From IMG/VR virus record IMGVR_UViG_3300037400_004847: a DNA stretch of 20,000 nucleotides; one strand, 5' to 3'. This document shows, piece after piece, positions 18,980-20,000 of this stretch. The DNA comes from an uncultured virus (IMG/VR IMGVR_UViG_3300037400_004847). Lineage: Duplodnaviria > Heunggongvirae > Uroviricota > Caudoviricetes. A program made the position numbers and the translations under genes. The notes under the pieces are model-generated. The model was not told the origin of the DNA and made no database searches. It saw only the letters and a program-made list of their open reading frames with translations. Position 1 is the first letter of the stretch; each line of letters begins with the position of its first letter.

Positions 18980-19916
18980 TATTGATGAACGATAGTTTTT
19001 TATTTATTTGTTCCTTAGAATCATTAAAATCCACATATAAAACACTAATATTATGTTGTTTACATAAATCATATTTCATTTTATCTCGTTTTATAATTTC
19101 ATTTAATTCTTTTTTAGCCCATTCTTCTCCACGCCCGGCAAAATCCACAGGTATATAATGCTGCCTTCCTTGACATTCAATTGCAATATTGAATTTTTTA
19201 ATAAAAATATCAAGATACAGTTCTTTTTTATATCTCAACCATTCAAAGGTTTTTTGTGTTTCATAATCAATATTTTTATTATTTAAAATTTGCCCTATTT
19301 TTTCTTCTAATTTACTTGCTCTACATAATTGACAGCCGCAACCATATAAATGTAAAAAGGGCCGTTGTTTAAAATACCCATGTATTTTACATTCAATCTC
19401 TACCGGTGTAACACGATTTTTATATATTACTCTTTCATATCCGAACTTATCCCCATGTATTTCTTTTGCTTTTTTTATAAAATATTCCGTATTAAATGAA
19501 CGTTCTTTTGATAACTTATTAGATGAACATCTTTTACAGCCCTTACCTTGCAGATGTGAACCGGGTCTCTGCCAAAATTCATTCCCACATTCATTGCAAA
19601 TTATGCACACTTTTGTCCTTTTATTCACATATTCTACTTTTGAATAATCAAATTTATCACCGTGTATCTTTTTAGCCTTCTCAATAAATTGTTCGGATGT
19701 AAATTTCCGTTTATTTGTTCTATAATCAACTGCACATTTTCCGCACCCACATCCTCTTAAATGATTTGCTGGTGTTTGTAAAAAATCACCGTGTATCGGA
19801 CAAGTTATAATTATTTCATTAAACGAACCGTTATAAATACTCTTTTCGTAAGAATATTTATTTCCGTGTATTTCTTTAGATTTAATAATAAAACTTTCAG
19901 TTGTATGTCTTTTCAT
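18942..19916 (-). CDS. Putative free-standing homing endonuclease: three DUF723/CapR-like Zn-binding repeats plus a C-terminal Vsr/DUF559-like PD-(D/E)XK nuclease domain, 324 aa
   Basis: Very basic protein. 3x F-I-x-K-(A/S)-K-x-I-H-G-(D/N)-K...C-x-x-(H/C)-G-x-F-x-Q-x-P-x-x-H-L-x-G-x-G-C-x-x-C; C-terminal SKLEEKI...YETQKTF...LYLDIFI...IAIECQGRQHY. Confidence 0.85.
   Translation of the reverse strand: MKRHTTESFIIKSKEIHGNKYSYEKSIYNGSFNEIIITCPIHGDFLQTPANHLRGCGCGKCAVDYRTNKRKFTSEQFIEKAKKIHGDKFDYSKVEYVNKRTKVCIICNECGNEFWQRPGSHLQGKGCKRCSSNKLSKERSFNTEYFIKKAKEIHGDKFGYERVIYKNRVTPVEIECKIHGYFKQRPFLHLYGCGCQLCRASKLEEKIGQILNNKNIDYETQKTFEWLRYKKELYLDIFIKKFNIAIECQGRQHYIPVDFAGRGEEWAKKELNEIIKRDKMKYDLCKQHNISVLYVDFNDSKEQINKKLSFINNENTKIWNTLSF
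19323..19904 (-). repeat. Three tandem ~68-69-aa Zn-finger-like repeats in the endonuclease (aa ~5-61, 73-130, 142-198)
   Basis: The IHG[DN]K, CxxH/C, HLxG and CxxC motifs align across the three units. Confidence 0.9.
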
Positions 19917-19924
19917 ATAAAATT

Positions 19925-19954
19925 AACACCTATATAAGAATAAATATAGGTGTT
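19925..19954. promoter_or_regulatory. Perfect 11-bp inverted repeat (AACACCTATAT-N8-ATATAGGTGTT) 8 nt upstream of the endonuclease start codon
   Basis: Arms at 19925-19935 and 19944-19954. On the mRNA the 3' arm carries AGGUG, 10 nt before the AUG. Confidence 0.7.
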
Positions 19955-20000
19955 TTTAATTTGTTTATAAATTATTATTTCCAAAACTTATTCGTTATAT

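Noticed and set aside
108..19158. Short ORFs in the track on the plus strand or in alternative minus frames (e.g. 108-518, 2654-2902, 9562-9792, 13245-13535, 14789-15061, 18970-19158)
   Set aside because: All lie within or almost wholly overlap long minus-strand genes, have shadow-frame composition (I/F/S-rich) and carry no recognisable motifs.
1..20000. CRISPR array, tRNA/rRNA, DGR template repeat or RT, invertase/shufflon, intron or intein
   Set aside because: The window is almost fully coding with gaps of 158 nt or less. I saw no regularly spaced repeats, cloverleafs, RT or recombinase motifs, or intein termini.
19961..20000. Possible 3' end of an upstream minus-strand gene (e.g. ...ITNKFWK*)
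   Set aside because: Too little sequence at the window edge to choose a frame.

Overview
AT-rich (roughly 30% GC by eye), densely coding fragment of a large myovirus-type (contractile-tail) phage genome, covering the baseplate/tail module. All credible genes lie on the minus strand. In transcription order: free-standing putative homing endonuclease (3 Zn-binding repeats + PD-(D/E)XK domain), gp25/GPW-like baseplate protein, T4 gp6-like baseplate wedge, an intrinsic terminator, a 90-aa membrane protein, a 2190-aa multidomain protein (SprB-like and Flg_new/InlB-B-like modules), four uncharacterised putative structural proteins, and a >=673-aa ORF that runs off the left edge and is missing from the ORF track. 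A Bacteroidota host is inferred from the domain types and the general lack of Shine-Dalgarno motifs. Most notable: a hairpin just upstream of the endonuclease start (T4 HEG-like control), a frameshifted coding relic after the giant gene, a hydrophobic Cys-rich segment in the giant protein beside a small membrane protein, no GATC found, and an excess of ACCGGT/CCGG. All domain calls are by-eye motif recognition, not database results.
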